Source of the DNA: Myxococcota bacterium
GTDB lineage: Bacteria > Myxococcota > JACRCW01
Assembly: GCA_040752415.1 (NCBI GenBank)
Contig: JBFMGU010000167.1
Coordinates: 1-23,820 of the forward strand
Direction of reading: 5' to 3'
DNA: 23,820 bases
Position numbers and translations under genes: made by a program. The notes beneath the pieces are model-generated. The model made no database searches. It was not told the DNA's origin and saw only the letters and a list, made by a program, of their open reading frames with translations. Position 1 is the stretch's first letter. The number at the start of each line of letters is the position of its first letter. Shown here one piece after another: positions 1-8,026 of this stretch.

Positions 1-13
1 TTATTGCTCTGCT

Positions 14-56
14 CAAATCGCGGCACGAGAACAATGAGGCCTTGTGCCGCGATTTG
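14..56. repeat. Short inverted repeat / stem-loop (13-bp perfect arms)
   Basis: CAAATCGCGGCAC (14-26) is the exact reverse complement of GTGCCGCGATTTG (44-56). Pairing extends 3 nt inward with one G:U, leaving an 11-nt loop. It is intergenic, about 300 nt downstream of the SWIB gene. Function unknown. Confidence 0.6.
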
Positions 57-354
57 GCGGAATGAACTCACTGGGCGCGGCACATCTACGCCTCCCCACG
101 CCGTGGGGGAGGTCCGCCGCCGTCGTCGTGGAAACGGTGAACGCTGAGGCGGCGGGGTGGGTGGGGCCGAATCCGCACTCCCTCTTGCGCCAGCAACGCC
201 TCACCCCAGCGCATCCAGGTGGCGTACCGACAGTCGCCGTTGCGGACCACGTGGGGATGGAAAACCTGTTGCACACCAACCCCGAAAACACGCGTGCCCG
301 CCGGTTGTCTGCACGACAGCGGCGGGCACGGTGGCTTGTAGCCTGCGCGGACGC

Positions 355-657
355 TCAGCCCTGCAGGTGCTGGTTGACCAGCTTGGTCATCTCGAACATG
401 GACACCTGGGCGCGACCACCGAACACCGCCTTGAGATTGTCGTCGGCGTTGATGTTCCGCTTCTCCTTGGGGTCCTGCAGGTTGTGGGCCTTGATGTACT
501 CCCACAGCTTCTTCATCACTTCGGTGCGGGGCAGGGGATCCTCGCCAATCACCTTGGCAAGCTCCGGTGACGGCTTCAGCGCCTTCATGAATGCGCTGTT
601 CTTGCTGCCGTTGCCCTTCTTGGTTTCGGACTTGGACTCGGACTTCTTGGTGGCCAT
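355..657 (-). CDS. Stand-alone SWIB/MDM2-domain protein
   Basis: 100 aa. SWIB motifs: AFMKALKPSPELAKVIG, PRTEVMKKLWEYIKAHNLQDP, INADDNLKAVFGG, VSMFEMTKLVNQHL. Lys-rich N-terminus. GGGAG RBS upstream of the ATG. Confidence 0.95.
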   Translation of the reverse strand: MATKKSESKSETKKGNGSKNSAFMKALKPSPELAKVIGEDPLPRTEVMKKLWEYIKAHNLQDPKEKRNINADDNLKAVFGGRAQVSMFEMTKLVNQHLQG

Positions 658-753
658 GAATACTCCCAGGGACGGGTAGGCGTTGTGCTAGCGGGTTTTG
701 ACAGGAAACGGTTCCAAAGTCATTGGAGCAGAGCCCTAGGCGGAACCGGACCG

Positions 754-1566
754 CTACTCAAGTCCCCAACGCGCAAGCTTCTCGTCGATCCAGGACAGCT
801 CCACGTCCGGGCGCGCGTAGAAGATGAACCGCTGATCCATCCCCACGCTGGTGTTGCCGCAGGACGTCACCCCGGCCACGCGGTTTCCGCACAACAACGG
901 CCCGCCACTGTCGCCGTGGTCCGCCACCGCGGTGCCGGCCTCCACCAGCACGCCCTGCTCATAGACCACCACCACGCGCTCGGTGCCGGTGCGCTTGCGG
1001 GCCCAGGTCTTGTCCGTGCCGTCGCCGTGCGCGCCGTAACCCACCGCCACGCACGTGCGACCCGGCTGTGCCGTCCCCGGCCACGCCAGCTTGATGGGTT
1101 TCACGCCGCGCACGTTGTCGCGGAGGCGGAGCAGGGCAATGTCCGGGGTGGCGCCGCAGGCGTCCTCACGGTAGCCCGCGTGATGGACCTGCGCGGACAC
1201 GCGGTACTCCTCCATCTCCTCCAGCGCCTCCTGCAGGCCGCTCTCCGCCAGCTCGCGTTCATCCAGCGCCTGCCCGCGACCCACGTAGAACGCACGCACC
1301 GGGTCGTCGGCGCAGTGCGCGGCGGTGAGCACCACGTTGGGACGGATGAGTGAGCCGGTGCAGAACGCTCCGGATTCCATGACCACCAGGCCCACGGCCC
1401 GGTATCCCTGCGTCGGACTGCCGCCCTGCAGCGTCGCCTCGTCCTCGTGTCCTTCCGCGCCGGAGACGGCCGTCACGGGTGTATCGTCGTGGGCGGGCCC
1501 GCCGCAGGAGGAAAGCAACAGCGTCGCCGCCATCCAGGCGGGGCTGGAGGTGCGCAGCATCTTCAT
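754..1566 (-). CDS. Trypsin-like (S1) serine protease, predicted lipoprotein
   Basis: Catalytic triad motifs LTAAHC, DIALLRL and GDSGGPL. Also CTGSLI and AVGYG. Lipobox-like LLSS-C21 follows a hydrophobic stretch. Confidence 0.93.
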   Translation of the reverse strand: MKMLRTSSPAWMAATLLLSSCGGPAHDDTPVTAVSGAEGHEDEATLQGGSPTQGYRAVGLVVMESGAFCTGSLIRPNVVLTAAHCADDPVRAFYVGRGQALDERELAESGLQEALEEMEEYRVSAQVHHAGYREDACGATPDIALLRLRDNVRGVKPIKLAWPGTAQPGRTCVAVGYGAHGDGTDKTWARKRTGTERVVVVYEQGVLVEAGTAVADHGDSGGPLLCGNRVAGVTSCGNTSVGMDQRFIFYARPDVELSWIDEKLARWGLE

Positions 1567-1711
1567 GGTTCACGTCCTGTGACGACGTCCGGAGAGGTCG
1601 CAATCCGCACCGCCCACGGACGTGCAGTTGGGAAGCTAACGAGCCCCACCCGCGCCGGCCAAGGTTGGGCCTCGGGACGCCGGGAAGCCGCGTTCTCGTC
1701 GGGGAGCGCAG

Positions 1712-3790
1712 CTACTTCAGTTCCTTGGTGATGCTCTGCGAGGTTCCGGGCTTGACCACCACGGTGAAGGTGGCACTGAGCTCCTCCTCGTCATTGACCA
1801 GCTTGATGGTGTGCTTCCCGGGAGGCAGTGGCAGGTCGGCCACGGGAGTGAAGCGGCCGGTATCCTTCCCGTCGACGATGATGCGACCCCACGGCCGGCT
1901 CTGGATGGTGAGCTTCCCGTCTTCACCCCCGCCGGATTCCTCCTCTTCCTCCGCGGCGCGACGCTCCTCCCGCTTGTCCTTCTCCTTTTCGCGCGTGGGC
2001 TCCTTGTCCCGCTCCTTGCGCGGGGGGGGGCGCTTGGGGCCGCCGGACTCCTCCTGCTGCTGCTGCGCCGGTTGCTCCTCCCGCGCCAGGACGAAGTTCA
2101 ACGACGTGGGCGCGCGGTCCGCGAACAGTTCCTGCTCCACGGGAACGTGGCCGCGCAGGGTGAGTCGCAGGGTGGGGTGGGAGCCGGCGTTGAGCTTCAC
2201 CTTGCCGGGCGTGCGGCCCACGTCGCGACCGTCCAGCAGGATGGTGGCGCCCGCGGGATCCGAGCTCACCGGCACCTCCACCACCTTGGGCGCCAACGTG
2301 AGCTTCACCTTGTGGGTCCCGTTCGGCTCGATGATGACGACGTCCTTGTCCGTCCCCACGCCCTCCAGCGTGGCCTCCACTTCCACCGGCCCTTCCGGGA
2401 TCTCATTGACGACAATGGGCGTGACGCCCGGCTGCGCCTTCCCGCCAATCTTCACGGTGGCGCCGGACGGCTCGGTCTCCACGACGAGCTTGCCGGTGGC
2501 GGAGGCCCGGACGGCGCCGCCTTTCCCACCGAACATGAAGAACCCGGCGCCACCCAGGCCCAGCAGCACCGCGGCGGCGATCATGGCGAACAGCGGTGCC
2601 TTGCTGCGCGGCGCCTCCCCGGGAGCCTGGGTGGTGGGCGGGGATGCGGATGTGTTGCCGCGGCTTCCCGTCCGACTCGCGGTGCCACCGCCCTGCAAGG
2701 GATTCTTCGTGTTGCGCGAGGGGGAGTTGGGCGTGAGTGGCGGGAGCGCGGGGTTGCTGCTTTCCAGGTCGGCGCGGGCGCGGGAGATGATGCCGGGAAT
2801 CTCGCTGCTGGTGGCCTCGGCGAACTCCTGCATGAGTCCCTGGAAGTGCGCCTGGGCCTTGGTCTCGCGCTCGATCTCCTTGGGGAAGAGCTGGTGCATC
2901 AGCGCGCTGACCTGCGGCGGGCCCCAATGCCAGCCCATCTGGCGCGCCACGTCCTCCAGCGCGTTGGCGAACTGGATGGAGGTCTGCCAGCGCTCGTCGG
3001 GCTCGGCGGCCAGGGCGCGGTAGACGACGTTGGCGGCCAGCATGGGCACTTCCACACCCATCTCCTCGAACTTCGGGAAGATGCCGGTGGAGACGTCCAT
3101 GAGCACCTTGACGTCGGTGGGGCCCTTGCGCATGCGCTTCATGGAGAGGAGCTCATGCAGGACCACGCCCATGGCGTAGAGGTCCACGCGCTGATCAATG
3201 GGCTTCTCATTGACCTGCTCGGGCGCCATGTAGCCGGGCTTGCCCTTGAGGCTGCCGGTGAGGGTGTGGGTGTTGCGGTCGGCGGCCTTGGCAATGCCGA
3301 AGTCGGCGAGCTTCACGCTGCCGTCGTAGGCCACCATGATGTTCTGCGGGCTGACATCGCGGTGGATGATGCCCATGGGCTTGCCGAGGCTGTCGGTCTT
3401 CTGGTGCGCGTATCCCAGTCCGTGGAGGGCCTGCGCCACGGCGTAACAGCAGAACTCCGGTGGGAGCCGGATGCCCGCGCGCACCGCCGCCACCACCAGG
3501 TTGTTGAGGCTCTGCCCCGCCACGAACTCCATCGCCAGGAAATAGATTCCGTCGTGATTTCCCAGGTCCAGGACCTGGAGGATGTTGGGGTGGTTGAGCG
3601 TGGCGGCGATCTTGGCTTCATCCACCATCATGGTGATGAAGGACTGCTGCTCGGCCAGGTGGGGGAGGATGCGCTTGATGGCGAGCGGCTTGGAGAAGCC
3701 TGCGGTGCCGATGGAGGCGGCGCGGAAGACCTCGGCCATGCCGCCGGCGGCAATGCGCTCCAACAGGATGTACCGCCCAAAGCGCTCCAT
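1712..3790 (-). CDS. Hanks-type Ser/Thr protein kinase with one TM helix and C-terminal PEGA domains
   Basis: Kinase motifs IAAGGMAEVF, AIKRI, HRDVSPQN, DFG, YMAPE and DLYAMG. TM segment LFAMIAAAVLLGLGGAGFFMF. Three PEGA-like repeats (VETEPSGATV..GVTP, VSSDPAGATILLDG..GRTP, IQSRPWGRIIVDG..FTP). Typical myxobacterial architecture. Confidence 0.95.
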   Translation of the reverse strand: MERFGRYILLERIAAGGMAEVFRAASIGTAGFSKPLAIKRILPHLAEQQSFITMMVDEAKIAATLNHPNILQVLDLGNHDGIYFLAMEFVAGQSLNNLVVAAVRAGIRLPPEFCCYAVAQALHGLGYAHQKTDSLGKPMGIIHRDVSPQNIMVAYDGSVKLADFGIAKAADRNTHTLTGSLKGKPGYMAPEQVNEKPIDQRVDLYAMGVVLHELLSMKRMRKGPTDVKVLMDVSTGIFPKFEEMGVEVPMLAANVVYRALAAEPDERWQTSIQFANALEDVARQMGWHWGPPQVSALMHQLFPKEIERETKAQAHFQGLMQEFAEATSSEIPGIISRARADLESSNPALPPLTPNSPSRNTKNPLQGGGTASRTGSRGNTSASPPTTQAPGEAPRSKAPLFAMIAAAVLLGLGGAGFFMFGGKGGAVRASATGKLVVETEPSGATVKIGGKAQPGVTPIVVNEIPEGPVEVEATLEGVGTDKDVVIIEPNGTHKVKLTLAPKVVEVPVSSDPAGATILLDGRDVGRTPGKVKLNAGSHPTLRLTLRGHVPVEQELFADRAPTSLNFVLAREEQPAQQQQEESGGPKRPPPRKERDKEPTREKEKDKREERRAAEEEEESGGGEDGKLTIQSRPWGRIIVDGKDTGRFTPVADLPLPPGKHTIKLVNDEEELSATFTVVVKPGTSQSITKELK

Positions 3791-3948
3791 GGGGGATTGC
3801 TATTAGCACCAAGTCCCACCTCCTCGCGCATTCCCGGGTGCCGGGGGCGCGTGGGCTGGGACCTGGGCGGAGCTCCGTGGATGCCGGGGCGGTGGTCGGC
3901 GACACGCCAGGGGCTGCGTCAGAATCATCTCCCGGTGTCGGCGCGGCG

Positions 3949-4202
3949 GGCGAACACCTAACCCCCCACGTTCATGCCGTTGCGCTCGCTCGCCCCCCTT
4001 CCCCACACCCGCTGCGTCGTCGTCAACCGTTGCGGGGAAGGGGGGCAAGCACTGGGTCTGCGTGCGTTTTCTCGTCGGAAAGAGCGCGGCTGCGCCCAGC
4101 GATTGCCCCCCTTCCCCGCAACGGTTGACGACGACGCAGGGGGTGTGGGGAAGGGGGGCGAGCGAGCGCAACGGCATGAACGTGGGGGGTTAGGTGTTCG
4201 CC
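3949..4202. repeat. Long inverted repeat (100-bp arms, 54-nt spacer) with nested palindromes
   Basis: 3949-4048 is the reverse complement of 4103-4202 with one mismatch (4011 vs 4140). The spacer 4049-4102 is partly self-complementary. The 13-mer GGGGAAGGGGGGC occurs four times in alternating orientation. Confidence 0.95.
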
Positions 4203-4414
4203 GACCACGCCGCACCCGATCGCGTTTCCCCGCCCACGTCGTCCTCACGCCGCCACACCACTCGTGTGTCATGACCCACGCCGCGCGCTCGGATCGCGAC
4301 ACCCATGTCCTGTTTCCCCCGGAAAAAGCCCCTCCCATTCCTTCTCCCGACGTGGCCCACTGATTGCTCTCTCCCACGGCGCGGGAACACGGAGGTTCCT
4401 TGGAGGAGGGTCCC

Positions 4415-6583
4415 ATGCGCGGGGCGGCGGCGAGGGTGGCGAGGAGATGGTTGCTTCTGGGTGTGACGGGCGTGGTGCTGGCCGAGACGGTGGCGAGCGA
4501 GGCGAATGCGGGCGGGTTGGTGGCGACGGGAATTGCTCGCACCGTGGGCGCGGGGATCAACACAGGGCTGGTGAGGTCACCGGTGCGCCCGCCGCCGGTG
4601 GCCTCGCCCGCCGACGTGGGCACGGGCTCCCTGCTCATCAAGCGTGACGACGGGAAGTTCCACTTCATTCCGCTGGAGGGCACGGAGGTCGAGATCGACG
4701 TGCAGGGACTGGTGGCCTCCACCAACGTCATCCAGCGGTTCCTCAATGACAGCGAGCAGCCGGTGGAGGCCGTCTACGTCTTCCCCCTCCCGCACGAGGC
4801 CGCTGTCTACGAGATGGAAGCGCGCATTGGCTCGCGCCTCATCAAGAGCGTCATCAAGGAAAAGGAAGAGGCCAAGCGCACCTATGAGGCCGCCAAGGCG
4901 GAGGGGAAACGCGCCGCGCTGCTGGAACAGGAACGCCCCAACATCTTCACCACGTCGCTGGCCAACCTCATGCCCGGGGACCACGTGGACGTGCGCATCC
5001 GCGTCGTCGAGGCGCTGCAGTGGGATGACGGACGCGTGCGCCTGGTGTTCCCCACCGTGGTGGGCCCGCGCTTCATTCCCGGCAACGTGGCCACCGGGCA
5101 CCAGGGCAGCGGCGTGTCGGCGGACACCGACGTCGTCAACGACGCGTCCCGCATCACCCCGCCGCTGCTGCCGGAGAACGCCACGGAGCACCACACCATC
5201 TCCATTGAAGCGCGCGTGGACCTGGGCGCGCCGCTCATGGAAGTGCTCTCCCCCTCGCACCACATCCTCGCGAGCAGGAACCGCGACGGAAGCACCCGCA
5301 TCTCCCTCGACACCGCGCACGTGCTGCCCAACAAGGACTTCGTGATGGACCTGTTCCCGGAGCGGTCGGAGAAGACGCGCTCGGCGCTGTTCGTCTCGTC
5401 GGAGCCGGTGGGTGGGGAGCGTCACTTCATGATGGTGGCCTACCCGCCCACGGAACAGAAGCAGGGGGAGCGGCCGCCCATGGAGATGCTCTTCCTCGTC
5501 GATCATTCGGGGTCCATGTCGGGCAAGTCCATGGAGCAGGCACGGGAGGCGGTGCTCTACGGGCTCAATCGGTTGCGTCCCGGTGACCGCTTCAACATCG
5601 TCGCCTACGACGACAAGTTCGTGTCCTTCCGTCCCTGGTCGGTGGACGCCGACAGCAGCGGGCTCGAGGCGGGTCGCCAGTTCGTCAACAAGCTCACCGC
5701 CGACGGCGGCACCATGATGCTCCCCGCGCTGGAGTACCTCATGGCCACGCCGCAGGACCGCAAATACCTCCGCTACATCGTGGTGCTCACCGACGGAGAC
5801 CTGGGCAACGAGGACCAGATCTTCCGCGCCCTGCACGAGCAGCTCGGCGAGGCGCGCCTGTTCACGGTGGCCATCGGCAGCGCGCCCAACCACTTCCTGG
5901 CGACGAAGATGGCGGAATACGGTCGCGGCGCCTTCGCGCACATCTCGGACATCGGCGAGATCCAGCGCGAGATGGCGCACCTGCTGGACAAGATCCAGAG
6001 CCCCGCGCTCGCCGACCTCTCGCTGACGTGGGAAGGCCTCACGCCCGAGGAGCTCCTCCCCAACAAGCTGCCCGACCTCTACCTCGGTCATCCGCTGGTG
6101 CTGTTCGGTCGGCTCGCGGGCGGCACCACCGGCTCCGTCGAGATTCGCGGCCGCACCGGCAGCGCAAAGCACGTGGAGCGCATCCCGCTGGACGTGCGCA
6201 AGGCCTCCTTCCATCCCGCCATCAGCACGCTGTGGGCCCGCAAGCAGGTGGACGCGCGCATGAACGCCTGGCGCAACACCTACGACGAGAACGAGCGCGG
6301 CAAGCTCCGCGGTCAGGTCCTGGACCTGGCGCTCAAGCACCACCTGGTCACGCAGTTCACGTCGCTGGTGGCGGTGGAGGAGGTGGTGGTCAACCCCGGC
6401 GGAGAGCAGGCCTCCCTCGCCGTGCCCACCGAGCTTCCCGACGGGTGGGAGCGCGACAAGGTGGTGGGCGCCAATCCGCAGGGCGGGACGTGGGACATGT
6501 TCCTGGAGCTGCTCGGCCTCTGCCTCCTCGCCGCGGGGTGCCTGATGCTGGTTGCTCGTCGTCAGTTGAGGGTGGCGGCATGA
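4415..6583 (+). CDS. VIT + von Willebrand factor A domain protein with C-terminal sortase sorting signal (proteobacterial sortase target type)
   Basis: Start moved to ATG 4415, behind the GGAGGAGG RBS at 4402-4409 (722 aa). N-terminal signal-like segment. VIT motifs EAVYVFPLP and ALLEQERPNIFT. MIDAS residues DHSGS, GGT and TDG. C-terminal NPQGG, then a hydrophobic helix and RR tail. Adjacent to a sortase. Confidence 0.9.
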   Translation: MRGAAARVARRWLLLGVTGVVLAETVASEANAGGLVATGIARTVGAGINTGLVRSPVRPPPVASPADVGTGSLLIKRDDGKFHFIPLEGTEVEIDVQGLVASTNVIQRFLNDSEQPVEAVYVFPLPHEAAVYEMEARIGSRLIKSVIKEKEEAKRTYEAAKAEGKRAALLEQERPNIFTTSLANLMPGDHVDVRIRVVEALQWDDGRVRLVFPTVVGPRFIPGNVATGHQGSGVSADTDVVNDASRITPPLLPENATEHHTISIEARVDLGAPLMEVLSPSHHILASRNRDGSTRISLDTAHVLPNKDFVMDLFPERSEKTRSALFVSSEPVGGERHFMMVAYPPTEQKQGERPPMEMLFLVDHSGSMSGKSMEQAREAVLYGLNRLRPGDRFNIVAYDDKFVSFRPWSVDADSSGLEAGRQFVNKLTADGGTMMLPALEYLMATPQDRKYLRYIVVLTDGDLGNEDQIFRALHEQLGEARLFTVAIGSAPNHFLATKMAEYGRGAFAHISDIGEIQREMAHLLDKIQSPALADLSLTWEGLTPEELLPNKLPDLYLGHPLVLFGRLAGGTTGSVEIRGRTGSAKHVERIPLDVRKASFHPAISTLWARKQVDARMNAWRNTYDENERGKLRGQVLDLALKHHLVTQFTSLVAVEEVVVNPGGEQASLAVPTELPDGWERDKVVGANPQGGTWDMFLELLGLCLLAAGCLMLVARRQLRVAA

Positions 6584-7224
6584 GCGCCACGGTGCTCCCC
6601 GTCGTGCGACCGGTGGTCTCCGTCGCCACCGCCCGGCGGTTGCTGGTGGTGACGGCGGTGCTGCTGACCACGGCGGGGGGCGTCCTCACCGCTCGCGCGC
6701 TCTACCTGCGCGCCAAGGCCGCCCTCGCCGCGCATCTCATCGCCCGTGCCTGGGAAGACACCCTGCGCACCGGCGTCAACACCCCGCCGTGGCCCTGGGC
6801 GGATACGCATCCCATCGGCCGATTGATCATCCCGCGCATCGGCTACAACGAGGTGATCCTCGAGGGTGCCAGCGGCAGGAACATGGCGTTTGGACCCGCG
6901 CACATGATGGACAGCGAACCGCTCGGGGCGCCGGGCAACATGGTGGTGGCCGGGCACCGCACCAGCTGGTTCCTGCCGCTCAAGGACGTGGCGGTTGACG
7001 ACGACATCCAGCTGCAATGGCGCAACGCGGCGACGGGTGCGCTGACGCAACGTGTCTATCGTGTGACGGAAATTCACGTGATTGACCCGGCGGATCTCAC
7101 GTACATCACGCCGGCCACGACGGAATACCTGACGCTCATGACATGTTACCCCTTCGGACACCAACCGCATTCTCCTCGACGCTACGTCGTGCGTGCGGTG
7201 CCGGTGCCCGAGGGGCGCGGATGA
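6580..7224 (+). CDS. Sortase (class GN / proteobacterial-type)
   Basis: ATG 6580 overlaps the upstream stop (ATGA); 214 aa. N-terminal TM. AKAALAAHLIARAW..PWPWADTHP motif characteristic of proteobacterial sortases. Catalytic His in AGHRT (H126), Cys in LTLMTCYPF (C189) and Arg in RRYVV. Confidence 0.92.
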   Translation: MSATVLPVVRPVVSVATARRLLVVTAVLLTTAGGVLTARALYLRAKAALAAHLIARAWEDTLRTGVNTPPWPWADTHPIGRLIIPRIGYNEVILEGASGRNMAFGPAHMMDSEPLGAPGNMVVAGHRTSWFLPLKDVAVDDDIQLQWRNAATGALTQRVYRVTEIHVIDPADLTYITPATTEYLTLMTCYPFGHQPHSPRRYVVRAVPVPEGRG

Positions 7225-7847
7225 AGTCATCCATGATCCACGACGATGTGAATGCCGCGCCTCGTCGGACGCCCCCGCCCACGAGCCTGTTTGCCGACGC
7301 GCGTACCGCGCTGGTGGACGTGGTGGACGCCACGTTTCGCGCTGAGCTGGGGCGGACGCCGGATGCCGCCGAGCGCGAGCAATGGCGCGTGTTCCTCCTG
7401 CAGCGCAGCCACCGCGCGCCCACCACGTTCTGGCTGAGGGCCGTGCTCACCGCCGCGCTTCGCGCCACGCCGGAGTACCAGGCCAGGCTTGGCGGCAACG
7501 GCGCCGTCGTGACGTCGGACAGCGTGGCTCCCGCGCAGGCCGCTCCGGCGGGTGAGAGCCTGGGCGCCGTGGTGCACGCCGACAGCGCGGACGAGGTGCG
7601 CCGCTACCTGGAGGAGGCCCGCAGGTCGCGCGGCGCCATCCGGACCGCGCCCGCGTGGGCGGACCTTGGCGTCGTCAATCCCGCTCCCGTCGTCACGCCA
7701 CGCCGTCCCGCCAACACACGGGTGAAAGCCCACCGGGACGTGCCCCACCGCGCGGCGGGAATGCACCTGCTCTCCCACGGTCGCGCCTCCCACGACGAGA
7801 ACGAGGCCGCGTTCCCCCTGGTGCAGCGCTTCTACCGTCGCCAGTAG
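7221..7847 (+). CDS. Hypothetical protein with a DUF4214-like helical segment
   Basis: ATG 7221 overlaps the sortase stop (ATGA); 208 aa. The segment TFRAELGRTPDAAEREQW...LRATPEYQAR resembles the DUF4214 pattern (LGRxPDxxG..W..SxEY). The domain call is by eye only. Confidence 0.6.
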   Translation: MKSSMIHDDVNAAPRRTPPPTSLFADARTALVDVVDATFRAELGRTPDAAEREQWRVFLLQRSHRAPTTFWLRAVLTAALRATPEYQARLGGNGAVVTSDSVAPAQAAPAGESLGAVVHADSADEVRRYLEEARRSRGAIRTAPAWADLGVVNPAPVVTPRRPANTRVKAHRDVPHRAAGMHLLSHGRASHDENEAAFPLVQRFYRRQ

Positions 7848-7936
7848 TTCCCCATTTCCAGGTCGAGACGCGCGTCCCCACCAACGTCGGTGCCGTGGAT
7901 TTCCTTGTGCTCCTGCCCATGCTGTTGTTGGCAGCG

Positions 7937-7962
7937 GGCGGAGCCCGGGCATCCGCCGTTTT
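7937..7962 (+). terminator. Possible weak intrinsic terminator of the sortase operon
   Basis: GGCGGA (7937-7942) pairs with TCCGCC (7952-7957) around GCCCGGGCA and is followed by GTTTT. The stem and U-tract are short. Confidence 0.3.
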
Positions 7963-7996
7963 GCGCCTTGAATGTGCGCAAGGGCCAGCCTAAACG
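7961..7996 (+). promoter_or_regulatory. Candidate promoter/operator upstream of the amylase operon
   Basis: Palindrome TTGCGC-N9-GCGCAA (7961-7981) encloses a TTGAAT (-35-like) hexamer. TAAACG, a poor -10, lies 17 nt downstream of that hexamer. Confidence 0.25.
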
Positions 7997-8026
7997 CTTG
8001 CTCCCCCACAAGCGGACGGCCCAACC

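Noticed and set aside
13..679. Small overlapping ORFs at the left edge other than the SWIB gene
   Set aside because: No motifs or RBS, and most overlap the SWIB gene in other frames.
1479..3961. Long plus-strand ORFs (514 aa, 716 aa) opposite the kinase
   Set aside because: Antisense shadows typical of high-GC codon bias, with no recognisable motifs.
3949..4202. CRISPR array or IS element interpretation of the repeat
   Set aside because: No direct repeats with unique spacers, no cas or transposase gene, and no clear target-site duplication.
3803..4363. Pairs of ORFs with identical N-termini on opposite strands (MPLRSLAPLPHT...)
   Set aside because: A by-product of the 100-bp inverted repeat; no coding evidence.
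4364..4414. Upstream starts given in the ORF track (4364, also 6028, 7143, 15650, 21528, 22328)
   Set aside because: Downstream starts with SD sequences or stop/start overlaps and proper signal peptides fit better.
7000..7224. Apparently more A/T-ending codons in the 3' part of the sortase gene as a sign of horizontal transfer
   Set aside because: Visual impression over a short stretch; not quantified.
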